Positions 35,275 to 44,150 of a stretch of DNA of 64,000 bases are shown piece after piece. The number at the start of each line of letters is the position of its first letter. Position 1 is the stretch's first letter. The stretch lies in the NCBI GenBank assembly GCA_965203175.1, contig OZ241867.1:3680001-3744000 (forward strand), read 5' to 3'. A program made the translations under genes and the position numbers. The notes under the pieces are model-generated. The model saw nothing but the letters and a program-made list of their open reading frames with translations. It was not told the origin of the DNA and searched no databases. The DNA comes from Candidatus Latescibacterota bacterium (GTDB lineage Bacteria; Latescibacterota; UBA2968; UBA8231).

Positions 35275-36162
35275 TCAAGAGGTAGTGGCGGTGGTGGCCC
35301 GCACCTGTTCGACTTGGCTGGCGGCGTGGTACGAGCTGCGCACTAGCGGGCCGGACTCGACGTGGCGAAAGCCCAAGCCGAGGGCGAAGCTCTGCCACTG
35401 TGCAAACTCGTCCGGGTGGACGAACCGCTCTACGGGCACGTGATGGGCGGATGGGCTTAGGTATTGGCCCAAGGTCAGAATGGCGCAGCCGACATCCGCT
35501 AGGTCGTGGATGCTCTGGGCTATTTCTCTTTTGGTCTCGCCCGCCCCCAGCATCATGCCGGACTTGGTGGGTGCCGGACTCATCTTGCGGGCCCGGTCGA
35601 GGAGTTCCAGCGAGCGGCCGTACTGGGCTTGTGGGCGCATGGTGGGGTAGAGGCGAGGCGGAGTCTCAATGTTGTGGTTGAGGATGTCCGGGCCGGCTTC
35701 GAGGACGGTCGTTAGGGCCTGCCAGTCGCCCTTGAAGTCCGGAATCAGGACTTCGACACTCGTCTCGGGGCAAAGGCGATGTACTGCCGAGATCGTCCGG
35801 GCGAAGATGCGCGCCCCGCCGTCTGGCAGTTCGTCGCGATTGACTGAGGTAATCACCGCGTGGTCCAGCCCGAGGTGAGCAATGGCGGCGGCGACGCGTT
35901 CAGGCTCGCCCTCGTCGAGCCTTTGGGGGCGTCCCGTCTTGATCGCGCAAAACCCGCAGCTGCGGGTGCAGACATCGCCCAGAATCATAAAGGTCGCCGT
36001 GCGCTGGCTCCAGCACTCGCCGATGTTGGGGCACTGGGCACTCTCGCACACCGTGTTAAGCTGTAAGTCAGCGAGCAGGTTTTTTAGGGCGATGTAATTG
36101 GGGTGGCCCGGGGCTTTAGCCTTGAGCCAGGGTGGGAGTCGGCGCTTGGAGTCAGATGCCAT
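35275..36162 (-). CDS. lipA: Lipoyl synthase
   Basis: TVCESAQCPNIGECW, CTRSCGFC, ITSVNRDEL, NHNIET, GQYL, GPLVRSSYHA. Confidence 0.97.
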   Translation of the reverse strand: MASDSKRRLPPWLKAKAPGHPNYIALKNLLADLQLNTVCESAQCPNIGECWSQRTATFMILGDVCTRSCGFCAIKTGRPQRLDEGEPERVAAAIAHLGLDHAVITSVNRDELPDGGARIFARTISAVHRLCPETSVEVLIPDFKGDWQALTTVLEAGPDILNHNIETPPRLYPTMRPQAQYGRSLELLDRARKMSPAPTKSGMMLGAGETKREIAQSIHDLADVGCAILTLGQYLSPSAHHVPVERFVHPDEFAQWQSFALGLGFRHVESGPLVRSSYHAASQVEQVRATTATTS

Positions 36163-36222
36163 AAGACAGACGGGGAAAAACTAAAAGAGAATAGAATATA
36201 ATACGGCTCCGGCATGCTAATA

Positions 36223-37440
36223 TCAAGACTTGGTGGATGCGGCGGCTAAGCACGTGCGCCACAGCCCGTACCACAGGCAGCCGAGGGGAATGAGTTTGGT
36301 ACTGCGATAGGCGATGGAAACGGCCGGTTCCCATGTGCGCTCAGGGTCAATCGGCCCATAGACCCCAGGCTCGATATCGAAGAGAACGAAGGGAGTCGGC
36401 AGGGCGATAAAAGCAAATATCCACAATAACTTAGGAGATCCTGAGTGCGCGTACAAACCCACGAGTACGGGCTGGAGAAAGACGTAGTGGTGTTCCCAAA
36501 CGTCTTTATAAACGAGAAAAAAGGTACATATCCACAGGGCGAGTAGAGGCAGGGCATCGCGGCCACGCCAGGTGGCCATTAGTGCCGCGATGAGAATAGC
36601 GGCCTGCGAGCCGTAAATGACCGCGCGGCCTGCAAAAGGGAGGTCGGCGAGGGTCGTCAGCTCGCCTAGAGGCCGCCCGGCTAGTTGGGCCACGACGCTG
36701 ACCAGCCCGCCTTGCAGCCCGAGATTGCCCGCGTGGGTGAGGGCACCTTGGACGGGACTGCCATGGATATTGGCGGCGAAAAAAGTTGCCAAGCTATTTG
36801 GATGCAGGAGGAAGTAAGGCAGCGAAGTGAGCAAGCCGGCCAGCAGCCCCAAGACGAGGACGCGCCAGGCGCGGAGCCTCAGGAGCGCAGGAGAGAGGAT
36901 TAAGGCGTTGGGTTTGACCAAGAGGGCACCCGCCCAACAGAAGCCGGTCGCCCATCTCCGGTCGCTGTGGAGGCCGACGATGAGCCAAAAGATCAGCGAG
37001 GCCGCCCAGAAACTAACCTGCCCCATGTAGAGTTCGAGAAAATAAGGCGAATACGCCAGCCACATAAACAGGGCCAAGCCCCGGCCTGGCCCTTCGACCC
37101 ATCGCCAAGTTAGATAGAGGTTGGCCGCGAGAAAAAGTTCGGTGCAACAGAGGTGCAGGAGGTATGCGGTAAGAGGCTGAAAGTGGGCAAAAAAGCTGGC
37201 GACCAAGGCAAAGGCCGGCAGATAGCGGAAGCCGAAAGCACCCGACACCGAGTAGATGTCGCGGCCTTCGGCTAGGGCTTGGCCCGCCAAATAGAAGACC
37301 CCGAAGTCAAAGCCACGGCGGGTGTGGGAGGCGTCGTTGAAGAAGGGCCGGAGGAGGTCGGTACCGAGCGCGGCGAGGAAAAAGGCGTGAATTAAAAGGC
37401 CCGCTGCGAGGTAGGGAACAGGCCCTCTAAAGCGATTCAT
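36223..37440 (-). CDS. GT-C membrane glycosyltransferase (GT87/DUF2029-like)
   Basis: DFGVFY, FRYLP, MGQVS, LLVKP, VWEHHY; many TM helices. Confidence 0.8.
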   Translation of the reverse strand: MNRFRGPVPYLAAGLLIHAFFLAALGTDLLRPFFNDASHTRRGFDFGVFYLAGQALAEGRDIYSVSGAFGFRYLPAFALVASFFAHFQPLTAYLLHLCCTELFLAANLYLTWRWVEGPGRGLALFMWLAYSPYFLELYMGQVSFWAASLIFWLIVGLHSDRRWATGFCWAGALLVKPNALILSPALLRLRAWRVLVLGLLAGLLTSLPYFLLHPNSLATFFAANIHGSPVQGALTHAGNLGLQGGLVSVVAQLAGRPLGELTTLADLPFAGRAVIYGSQAAILIAALMATWRGRDALPLLALWICTFFLVYKDVWEHHYVFLQPVLVGLYAHSGSPKLLWIFAFIALPTPFVLFDIEPGVYGPIDPERTWEPAVSIAYRSTKLIPLGCLWYGLWRTCLAAASTKS

Positions 37441-37461
37441 GCCGCTGAAAAATACAAACTC

Positions 37462-39336
37462 CTATTGGAGGTCTCCGCTGCCGTCTTCTTGGGCAATGGA
37501 TTCCTCTTCTAGCACGCCTATTTCTCCCTTGTCGAACCACATCTGGTACTCGCTTGGGTCGGCGATGATGCGGCGCGCCTCCAGTACTTGGGGATCCACA
37601 GTTACATTGTACGCTTCGGCCACTTGCTGCCCGAATGCCTTTTCGAGGATGTCGAAGGTGAGCCGCCAAGCGATGAGGTCTTCGTTCTCCTGCCAGTGTT
37701 TTTCCTCGATTTTGTCGATTTCGTCAATCAGGTGACTGAGCGGCTTGGCGAGTTGGTTGTACTCCTCGCCTTCGGCGACCTTGTCCAATTCTTCGACTCG
37801 GGCTTCGAGTTCGCTGATGTAGTTGAATCCGCGGTTTTCGGCAAAAGCGCGAAAGGCCGCTAAGTCCTCTGGACCAGCGACGAAGTCTGGAGTCAATTCT
37901 GGGTATTTGAGCCGGTGCTCGCGGGCGTAGTAGAAGAATTGATTGTTGAGGCTGTAGACGCCGCTGAGCTGGGCGTAGAGGCGGTTGCCGCTACGCCCAG
38001 GCACCACGATGTCTGGGGTAATGCCGCCGCCGCCGCGGACGATGCGTTCAAGCCGGAGGGTCTTGAACGCCTTGTCGTACCCGCGGACGAGGGTGGAGTC
38101 TTTGCGCATGCGTTTGTCGATGGAGCGGCCCGAAGGCGTGTGCCAAGCGGCCATGGTCAGCTTGAGCTCGGCGCGGTCGTCGATGTGGACGATCTGCTGA
38201 ACGGATCCCTTGCCCACGGTCGTATCCCCCAGCACCAGCCCGCGGTCCCAGTCTTGGATGGCGCCGGCGACTATCTCGGACGCCGAAGCGGACAGGTAGT
38301 TGACCAAGACGATGAGGGGTGTGTCGCGCAGCAGAGCGTCCTCGCTGGTTTCGTATCTAACCGTGTCCTCAAAGGCGCGGCCCGCGGTAAAGACCACGAG
38401 GCGATCGCGGGGCAGGAAGCGGTCGGCGACTTGCACGGCTTCTTCGAGATACCCGCCGCCATTGCCTCGCAGGTCGAAGATCAGCCGCTGCATGCCTTGT
38501 TCCTCTAACTCGACAATGGCGTTGAACATCTCCCGGCTCGACCCCTTTTGGAAGCTGTAGAGCTTGATATAGCCAGTGTCGTCGGGGAAGAGAGTGGCAA
38601 GAGTAACGCTGTTCATCTGCACTTCTTGCCGTTCGATCGTCAGGTCAAAAGGGGTGGGGAGGTCGGCGCGCTTTAGGGTCAGGGTTACGGAGGTGCCAGG
38701 CTCGCCACGCATGCTGTCGGCAGCCACGCCAGCCGACATGCTCTTGGTGGAGGTGTTGTTGATTGTAGTGATGAGGTCGCCCGACTTGACACCCGCTAGG
38801 GCCGCCGGCGTCTGGTCGTGTAGGAGGTTCCATACGGCAATCGCGCTATCGGGATAGACAACTTGGATGCGAAAGCCTAGTCCTCCGTATTTGCCTTGGG
38901 TTTGGATGTTGAAATTGTCGAGGTTACGCTTTTCCAAAAACACTGAGTAGGGATCGAGAATTTCCATCATCCCGGCAATTCCAAAGCGGATTAGCGTGTC
39001 CGCAGCAACAGGATAAAAAGCATTCTCGTCGATGGCTTGGGCCATCTGCATGAGGGTGTAGAAGCGGTGATCTAGCTGCCTAGCGTCGTCCGCGTCGTCG
39101 AGCTGGGTTCGGGCGTTGAAGGTGTACTCCGAGGCTGGATCCAAGGCATGAAATATTCCGCGCGCAGCCGCCTGCATGAGGGAATCGGGATGCACTTCTT
39201 CAAAGTAGTAGTGGTGAATGCGGTGGGCTGTCTTCCACAACAGGGCTTTGTATTCATCTTCAATGGAACGCTCGGCCTGCAGGTCGGAGATAAACGCGAC
39301 GAGGGCGAGCAGTAGCGAAATTCGCAAAGTGGACAA
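37462..39336 (-). CDS. S41A carboxyl-terminal processing protease (CtpA/Prc-like) with PDZ domain
   Basis: LDPYS, YGGLG (PDZ), GYIKL, DLRGNGGG, SASASEI, GKGSVQ, TPSGRSI, GGGITPD. Probable TTG start at 39336 after GAGGAG. Confidence 0.9.
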   Translation of the reverse strand: MSTLRISLLLALVAFISDLQAERSIEDEYKALLWKTAHRIHHYYFEEVHPDSLMQAAARGIFHALDPASEYTFNARTQLDDADDARQLDHRFYTLMQMAQAIDENAFYPVAADTLIRFGIAGMMEILDPYSVFLEKRNLDNFNIQTQGKYGGLGFRIQVVYPDSAIAVWNLLHDQTPAALAGVKSGDLITTINNTSTKSMSAGVAADSMRGEPGTSVTLTLKRADLPTPFDLTIERQEVQMNSVTLATLFPDDTGYIKLYSFQKGSSREMFNAIVELEEQGMQRLIFDLRGNGGGYLEEAVQVADRFLPRDRLVVFTAGRAFEDTVRYETSEDALLRDTPLIVLVNYLSASASEIVAGAIQDWDRGLVLGDTTVGKGSVQQIVHIDDRAELKLTMAAWHTPSGRSIDKRMRKDSTLVRGYDKAFKTLRLERIVRGGGGITPDIVVPGRSGNRLYAQLSGVYSLNNQFFYYAREHRLKYPELTPDFVAGPEDLAAFRAFAENRGFNYISELEARVEELDKVAEGEEYNQLAKPLSHLIDEIDKIEEKHWQENEDLIAWRLTFDILEKAFGQQVAEAYNVTVDPQVLEARRIIADPSEYQMWFDKGEIGVLEEESIAQEDGSGDLQ

Positions 39337-39407
39337 GTGATACTCCTCGATCAGTTGGGCGTACAGAGTTGCTGTTAAAGACATACTATGGACGGGCCGG
39401 TATCGAG

Positions 39408-40196
39408 TCAAGCAGTACGCCGCCTGTACGCGAAGGCCAAACCGCGGAGTACGAGGTCTGGATCGCAAGTGTGGACCGCGCGGATATGCGGCTGGAGCAG
39501 GGGGCTATCGCCGCCGGTGAGAAAGACCGCGACAGGACTATCTAAGGCCGCAGCCATGTGCGCGCAGAGACCCTCGACGAGCGCGGCCGATCCGTGCAGC
39601 GCACCCGACCGCAGACCGTCCGTAGTGTTCTTGCCCAGCAGGGGTGTTGTGGATGCTAACTCGACTTGAGGCAAAAGGTTGGTGCCCGCGCTGAGGGCCT
39701 CTAACCCGAGGCGCAGCCCCGGGGCAATCGCGCCGCCGCGGAAGGTGCCCGTGCTGTCGATGGCATCGACCGTTAGCGCGGTACCGGCATCGACGACTAC
39801 GGCTGCCCGGCCGGTTGGGGTTGCGCGATGAGCGGCCGCAGCCCCGGCGAGGCGATCAACGCCAATCTGAGCGGGGTCATCGTAGTCGATGCACAGGCCC
39901 CAATCCCACGCGCTACTCGCTTGGAGAACGGGGCCGGAAGAAAAGTCGCGGCAAACCTCTGAGTACGCAGCCCCCAATTCCGCGACGACTGACCCTATGA
40001 CTGCGCCAACCGGGGGCGCGTCAAGCGATGCGAGCAGGCGTTGTAGGCCGGCATCGGCCGGAGGGGCTGTGGGGTATTTGTGGTGGAAGACGGGGTCTTC
40101 ACCGGCCAAAAGGCCAATATCGATGCAGGTGTTGCCAATGTCGATGGCCAATAGCATGGAGGAATTTGGCGATTGACTTTCCGCCGTGGCGTCCAT
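39408..40196 (-). CDS. coaX: Type III pantothenate kinase
   Basis: AIDIGNT, GSVV, IGVDR, VVDAGTALTVD, GGAIAPG, NTTDGLRSG, LTGG. Confidence 0.92.
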   Translation of the reverse strand: MDATAESQSPNSSMLLAIDIGNTCIDIGLLAGEDPVFHHKYPTAPPADAGLQRLLASLDAPPVGAVIGSVVAELGAAYSEVCRDFSSGPVLQASSAWDWGLCIDYDDPAQIGVDRLAGAAAAHRATPTGRAAVVVDAGTALTVDAIDSTGTFRGGAIAPGLRLGLEALSAGTNLLPQVELASTTPLLGKNTTDGLRSGALHGSAALVEGLCAHMAAALDSPVAVFLTGGDSPLLQPHIRAVHTCDPDLVLRGLAFAYRRRTA

Positions 40197-40292
40197 AATT
40201 TACCTAGGCTTAACTCAAACAATATCCAATAGATAGAATCTAACGAATGCCTCAAAATTTGCTATCAAGCTAGCAGACAGAGGAATATAGTT

Positions 40293-41327
40293 ATGAATCT
40301 ATTAGGCAAGCGCTGTACTTTTATTGTCATTTCCCCGCGCGACGGTCAGGTGCGCGAGTACGGTTTTTTCCCTCGCATCCTATGGCTGCTTCTGCTGGGG
40401 GGCTTTGGTTTTGTGGGGTCGCTTGGTTACTACATCTACGCCCAGGATTTTTATCAGCCGGGCGGTCAGAAGGCTCTGCTGGCCTTGCAGGACGAGAACA
40501 AAACTCTCCTACACAGCTTAGAGCAAACCCGCGAGGAAGTGCAGCAGCTCGGGGTGGCTATGGATCAGCTCAAGGCCACTGAAGACAGATTGCGCGCCCA
40601 CCACGAGATGGAGCCACTCAAGATGGAGCCGCTCGCTGCGGATCAAGAGCCGGGCGGCGTCGGGGGAGTGGAGGATTTGTCCCAGAAGTTCACGTCCTTG
40701 CCGCTGCAAAAGCAGTTGATGATGCGAGAGATGAGCGTGCGCATCGACTATCTGAAGCGGATGGCCAACCTCCAAGAAAAGAGCTTTGAGGAAATCGAGC
40801 GCAGATTCCAAGAGACTAGTGTCCAATACTTGCCCACGATTTCACCGGTTCCCGAGCAGATGACTTGGCGGTCGTCGTCCTTTGGCTGGCGCATCGATCC
40901 CTTCACCGGGCGTCGGGCCTTCCACAGCGGCGTCGATTTTGCCGGTCGCACAGGCACGCCTATCTACGCGACGGCTGATGGCTTTGTAAGCTACGCCGCG
41001 AGGGATAAATATCTCGGCAAGACGGTTGTTCTTGATCATCGGAAAAAGGAACTCGACGAGCAGGGTCAGCCCTATGCGCGCCAAGGCGGCTATCAGACCG
41101 AATATGGCCACTTGGACAAAATCTTGGTCGAGCAGGGGCAGGAGGTAAAGCGCGGAGAGAAGATCGGGACGATGGGCAACACGGGCCGCTCAACCGGTCC
41201 GCATTTGCACTATGCGGTGCGCTTGCGGGACCGCGAGTTGAGCAAGCACCGGGGATACAAGAATCCAGAAGATTTCATCTTCGATTTCGACAGGAGCGAG
41301 GACGATAGGTGGGCCGCAGGCGAGTGA
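40293..41327 (+). CDS. M23 family metallopeptidase with N-terminal TM and coiled coil
   Basis: SSFGWRIDPF, HSGVDF (HxxxD), YGHL, GNTGRSTGPHLHY (HxH). Confidence 0.92.
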   Translation: MNLLGKRCTFIVISPRDGQVREYGFFPRILWLLLLGGFGFVGSLGYYIYAQDFYQPGGQKALLALQDENKTLLHSLEQTREEVQQLGVAMDQLKATEDRLRAHHEMEPLKMEPLAADQEPGGVGGVEDLSQKFTSLPLQKQLMMREMSVRIDYLKRMANLQEKSFEEIERRFQETSVQYLPTISPVPEQMTWRSSSFGWRIDPFTGRRAFHSGVDFAGRTGTPIYATADGFVSYAARDKYLGKTVVLDHRKKELDEQGQPYARQGGYQTEYGHLDKILVEQGQEVKRGEKIGTMGNTGRSTGPHLHYAVRLRDRELSKHRGYKNPEDFIFDFDRSEDDRWAAGE

Positions 41328-41349
41328 GTAGAATCCCACCAAGTATATC

Positions 41350-41388
41350 GAGACCGGTCCAGCAAGCGCGGGCCGGTTTCTTTGTTTT
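41350..41388 (+). terminator. Possible intrinsic terminator after the M23 gene
   Basis: GAGACCGGTCC / GGGCCGGTTTC stem followed by TTTGTTTT. Confidence 0.55.
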
Positions 41389-41402
41389 AGGAGCACAACT
41401 GC

Positions 41403-41960
41403 ATGAGTACACCTATTGAAGGCAAGGTCGCCGCCATTATCGACGATACAACCTTGGTGCTCAACGTCGGTAGCGCGCAGGGCGTCCAGGAGGGCATGGC
41501 CTTTGCCATTTTCGCCTCGCACGGGGAGATTGAGGACCCGGACAGTGGGCAGTCGCTGGGCCGCTGGGAAGCGGTCAAGGCGCGGGTGGTCGTCACGCAT
41601 GTGCAGGAGCGCCTGTGTACAGTGCGCGCTCCGGTGGTAGGCGAGGCACCGGTGGTAGGCGACACCCGGCCGTTAAGTGCGATGATGGTCGAGCACTCGG
41701 TGGCCCGCGCCCCGGGCCAAGAGCAGTGGCAGCGGCTGGAGGTGCGGGGGACCGATGTCCGGGGACGACCCCAGAACCAGCCTATTGCCGTGGGTGACGG
41801 AGCGCGGTCGCTGACGGCGACTGAGGACGATGCGGGCAAGTCGGCGGCTGAGGACGATGAGAGTAAGCCTACGGCTGAGGACGATGAGAGTAAGCCTACG
41901 GCCGCGGACGATGCGAGCAAGCCTGCAACAGAGGACGATGCGGGCAAGTCAAACGATTAG
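41403..41960 (+). CDS. Hypothetical beta-barrel protein (FlgT C-terminal-like) with acidic repeat tail
   Basis: IEGKVAAII...LVLNVGSAQGVQEGMAF...EIEDPDSGQSLG pattern. AGGAG RBS. Confidence 0.7.
   Translation: MSTPIEGKVAAIIDDTTLVLNVGSAQGVQEGMAFAIFASHGEIEDPDSGQSLGRWEAVKARVVVTHVQERLCTVRAPVVGEAPVVGDTRPLSAMMVEHSVARAPGQEQWQRLEVRGTDVRGRPQNQPIAVGDGARSLTATEDDAGKSAAEDDESKPTAEDDESKPTAADDASKPATEDDAGKSND
41823..41957 (+). repeat. Five 27-bp tandem repeats (coding VNTR)
   Basis: Units start GAGGACGATG (one is GCGGACGATG). ATGs at 41830, 41857, 41884, 41911 and 41938. Encode EDDAGKSAA/EDDESKPTA/EDDESKPTA/ADDASKPAT/EDDAGKSND. Confidence 0.9.
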
Positions 41961-42438
41961 AGCCGCGCTAGCCGCGCTCTGTATCGGAGGATGCGCTTAC
42001 TACTCGACCTCCGGCGGCCTGCTGGGCGGCATCCGCAGCATTGGCATACCCGTGGCCGACAACCAGACCGCGGAATTTGCCGTGGCCGAGCGCCTAACTG
42101 AACTCGCTATTGATGCCTACGCCGAGGATGGCCAGTTGCGGGTCGTTGACGAAGAAAGCGCCGATGCCCTCTTGCAGCTCAACGTGATCTCGGTTGAGGA
42201 CCGCCCCCATATCTATACGACGGCCGAGCAGACCGAACAGTACCGGTTTGTGGTCTTGGTGGCAGCCGAGTTGATAAGGGTGGAGGATGGGGAGGTGTTG
42301 TTGTCGTTAGCCGAGCTAGAAGGATGGGGGACCTATGACGCAGCGTCGTCCGAGGAAGAGGGGCGAGATCCAGCGGTAGAGGGGGCGCTGGACATGGTGC
42401 TAGAGGAATTGGTGGATCGGACGACGGCGGGGTGGTAG
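41938..42438 (+). CDS. LptE-like LPS assembly lipoprotein
   Basis: Lipobox IGGC-AYY, IRSIGIPVADNQTAEF, ADALL, C-terminal LVDRTTAGW, as in Bacteroidota-type LptE. Confidence 0.75.
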   Translation: MRASQTIRAALAALCIGGCAYYSTSGGLLGGIRSIGIPVADNQTAEFAVAERLTELAIDAYAEDGQLRVVDEESADALLQLNVISVEDRPHIYTTAEQTEQYRFVVLVAAELIRVEDGEVLLSLAELEGWGTYDAASSEEEGRDPAVEGALDMVLEELVDRTTAGW

Positions 42439-42454
42439 CCAGTCCACGGCGAAA

Positions 42455-44149
42455 TCAATCAGCATCCGTTTTCCTTCCCACGACAAAGATCACTACGACA
42501 ACGAGGCATAGCCCCACGGCTAGGCCGGTGGTCGGCGACCACAGCAGGGTGCTGCCCAAGTAGCCGCATAGCCCGGCGATCGTCATCGTCGTCAGGGCGT
42601 AGGGTATCTGGGTGCGAACGTGGGCTAGGTGGTCGCAGGCGGCGGCAATGCTAGAGAGGACGGTGGTGTCGCTGATGGGGGAGCAATGGTCGCCGAAGAT
42701 CGCGCCGTCCAATACCGCGGCGGCGACGAGGACCGTCAGCGCCAGACCGCCTAGGTCGTAGGCTACTGGCACCATGGTCGGCAAGAGCACGGCCATGGTC
42801 GTCCACGAGGTGCCGATGGAGAAGGCGACCACCGCGGCGAGTAGGAAGACGAGGAGGGGAAGGAAGTGCGGATCGAGGAAGCCGGAGAGCGCACCGACGA
42901 TATAGGCCGAAGTCTCAACGGCCTCGCAGGTTTCCTTAATCGCCCAGGCCAAGATCAAGATCACCAGCGCATAGGAAAAGCCCGTAATGCCGCTCGCCCA
43001 AGTCTTGCAGACTTCCACTAGGCCGAGCGGGCGTCTAGGGCTTGCCTCCTCGCGGCGGGTTAGGGCCAAGACCGCTGCCAGTACCGAGCCAGCTAAAGCG
43101 GATAGGAACATCACTTTGGCTCCGTCGGCGTGGGAGAAAACCTGAGTCCAGTAGAGCCGGGCGAAAAAGCCGTGTTCGGCGCGGGCGGCCACCACGGCCG
43201 GTGCTTGGCTGGCGTCTAGGTGCATTCCGCCGAGAACGCCAGCGACGACGAGGAGGACGGGGCCTGCGGCCACGGCCCAATGAGCGCGGAGGCTGGGGTG
43301 CTCGGGGAGTTGGGAGGCGTCTCCGGTCATCGGGCGGTGGCCCGGTGCGAGGACTTGGCCCGTTCGCCGGGCGCGGCGCTCGGCTTTGAGCATGGGGCCA
43401 AAATCGCGGCCAGCTATGGTAGAGAACAGCACGAAAGTCAGCGTTAGCAGGCAATAGAAGCGGGCCGGCAGGGCGCGGAAGAACAGTTCGTAACCGGAGA
43501 TACCCGCGCCGACTTGCTCCATGGCGCTGTCGAACAGGCCCACCTCAAAGCCGATCCAGGTGCTGACGACGGCGATGCCAGCTACGGGGGCAGCGGTGGA
43601 ATCGACGAGAAAGGCCAGCTTTTCGCGCGAGATGCGGAAGCGATCGGCGATGGGGCGCATGGTGGTACCGACGACGAGTGTGTTGGCGTAATCGTCGAAG
43701 AAGACCGCCAGCCCCAGTAGCGCGGTGGCCAGCCGAGCCGAGCGCACACCAGCGGCTCGGGCGACTAACAGGTCGGCAATGCCTCGGGTGCCGCCGGCCA
43801 GCGAGATGACGCGCACCATGCCAATGAGCGAGGCGGTGAAGCCGAGGATGAAGAGTTGAAAGGAGTCGCGCAGCGGGACCCAAACAAAATCTAGGAGGGC
43901 ACGCTCTAAACCGCGGAACGGGATCGCGTAGAGTGGAACATCTGACGGCAGGGAGATGAACGCACCGCCGACGATTGCCAACCCTAGTCCCAAGATCAGG
44001 CGGCCGGTGGCGACGGCGATGAGGATGGCTGCGGCGGGCGGAAAAAGGCTCAGTCCGCTCGTTGAGCCTTGATCGGGCAAGAGCAGCGCACCGAGCAGAG
44101 CCGCGCCTAGCGCTAGCACTAGGCGGAGAAAGGGAAAGGCGGAGCGCAC
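42455..44149 (-). CDS. Na+/H+ antiporter NhaC family transporter
   Basis: FFDDYANTLVVG, ISREKLAFLVDSTAAP, GTSWTT, GAIFGDHCSPISDTTVLSS, HVRTQIPYA. Confidence 0.92.
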   Translation of the reverse strand: MRSAFPFLRLVLALGAALLGALLLPDQGSTSGLSLFPPAAAILIAVATGRLILGLGLAIVGGAFISLPSDVPLYAIPFRGLERALLDFVWVPLRDSFQLFILGFTASLIGMVRVISLAGGTRGIADLLVARAAGVRSARLATALLGLAVFFDDYANTLVVGTTMRPIADRFRISREKLAFLVDSTAAPVAGIAVVSTWIGFEVGLFDSAMEQVGAGISGYELFFRALPARFYCLLTLTFVLFSTIAGRDFGPMLKAERRARRTGQVLAPGHRPMTGDASQLPEHPSLRAHWAVAAGPVLLVVAGVLGGMHLDASQAPAVVAARAEHGFFARLYWTQVFSHADGAKVMFLSALAGSVLAAVLALTRREEASPRRPLGLVEVCKTWASGITGFSYALVILILAWAIKETCEAVETSAYIVGALSGFLDPHFLPLLVFLLAAVVAFSIGTSWTTMAVLLPTMVPVAYDLGGLALTVLVAAAVLDGAIFGDHCSPISDTTVLSSIAAACDHLAHVRTQIPYALTTMTIAGLCGYLGSTLLWSPTTGLAVGLCLVVVVIFVVGRKTDAD

Positions 44150-44150
44150 C

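Noticed and set aside
41823-41957. Possible CRISPR array
   Set aside because: The units are contiguous with no unique spacers, they are in-frame coding repeats, and there are no cas genes.
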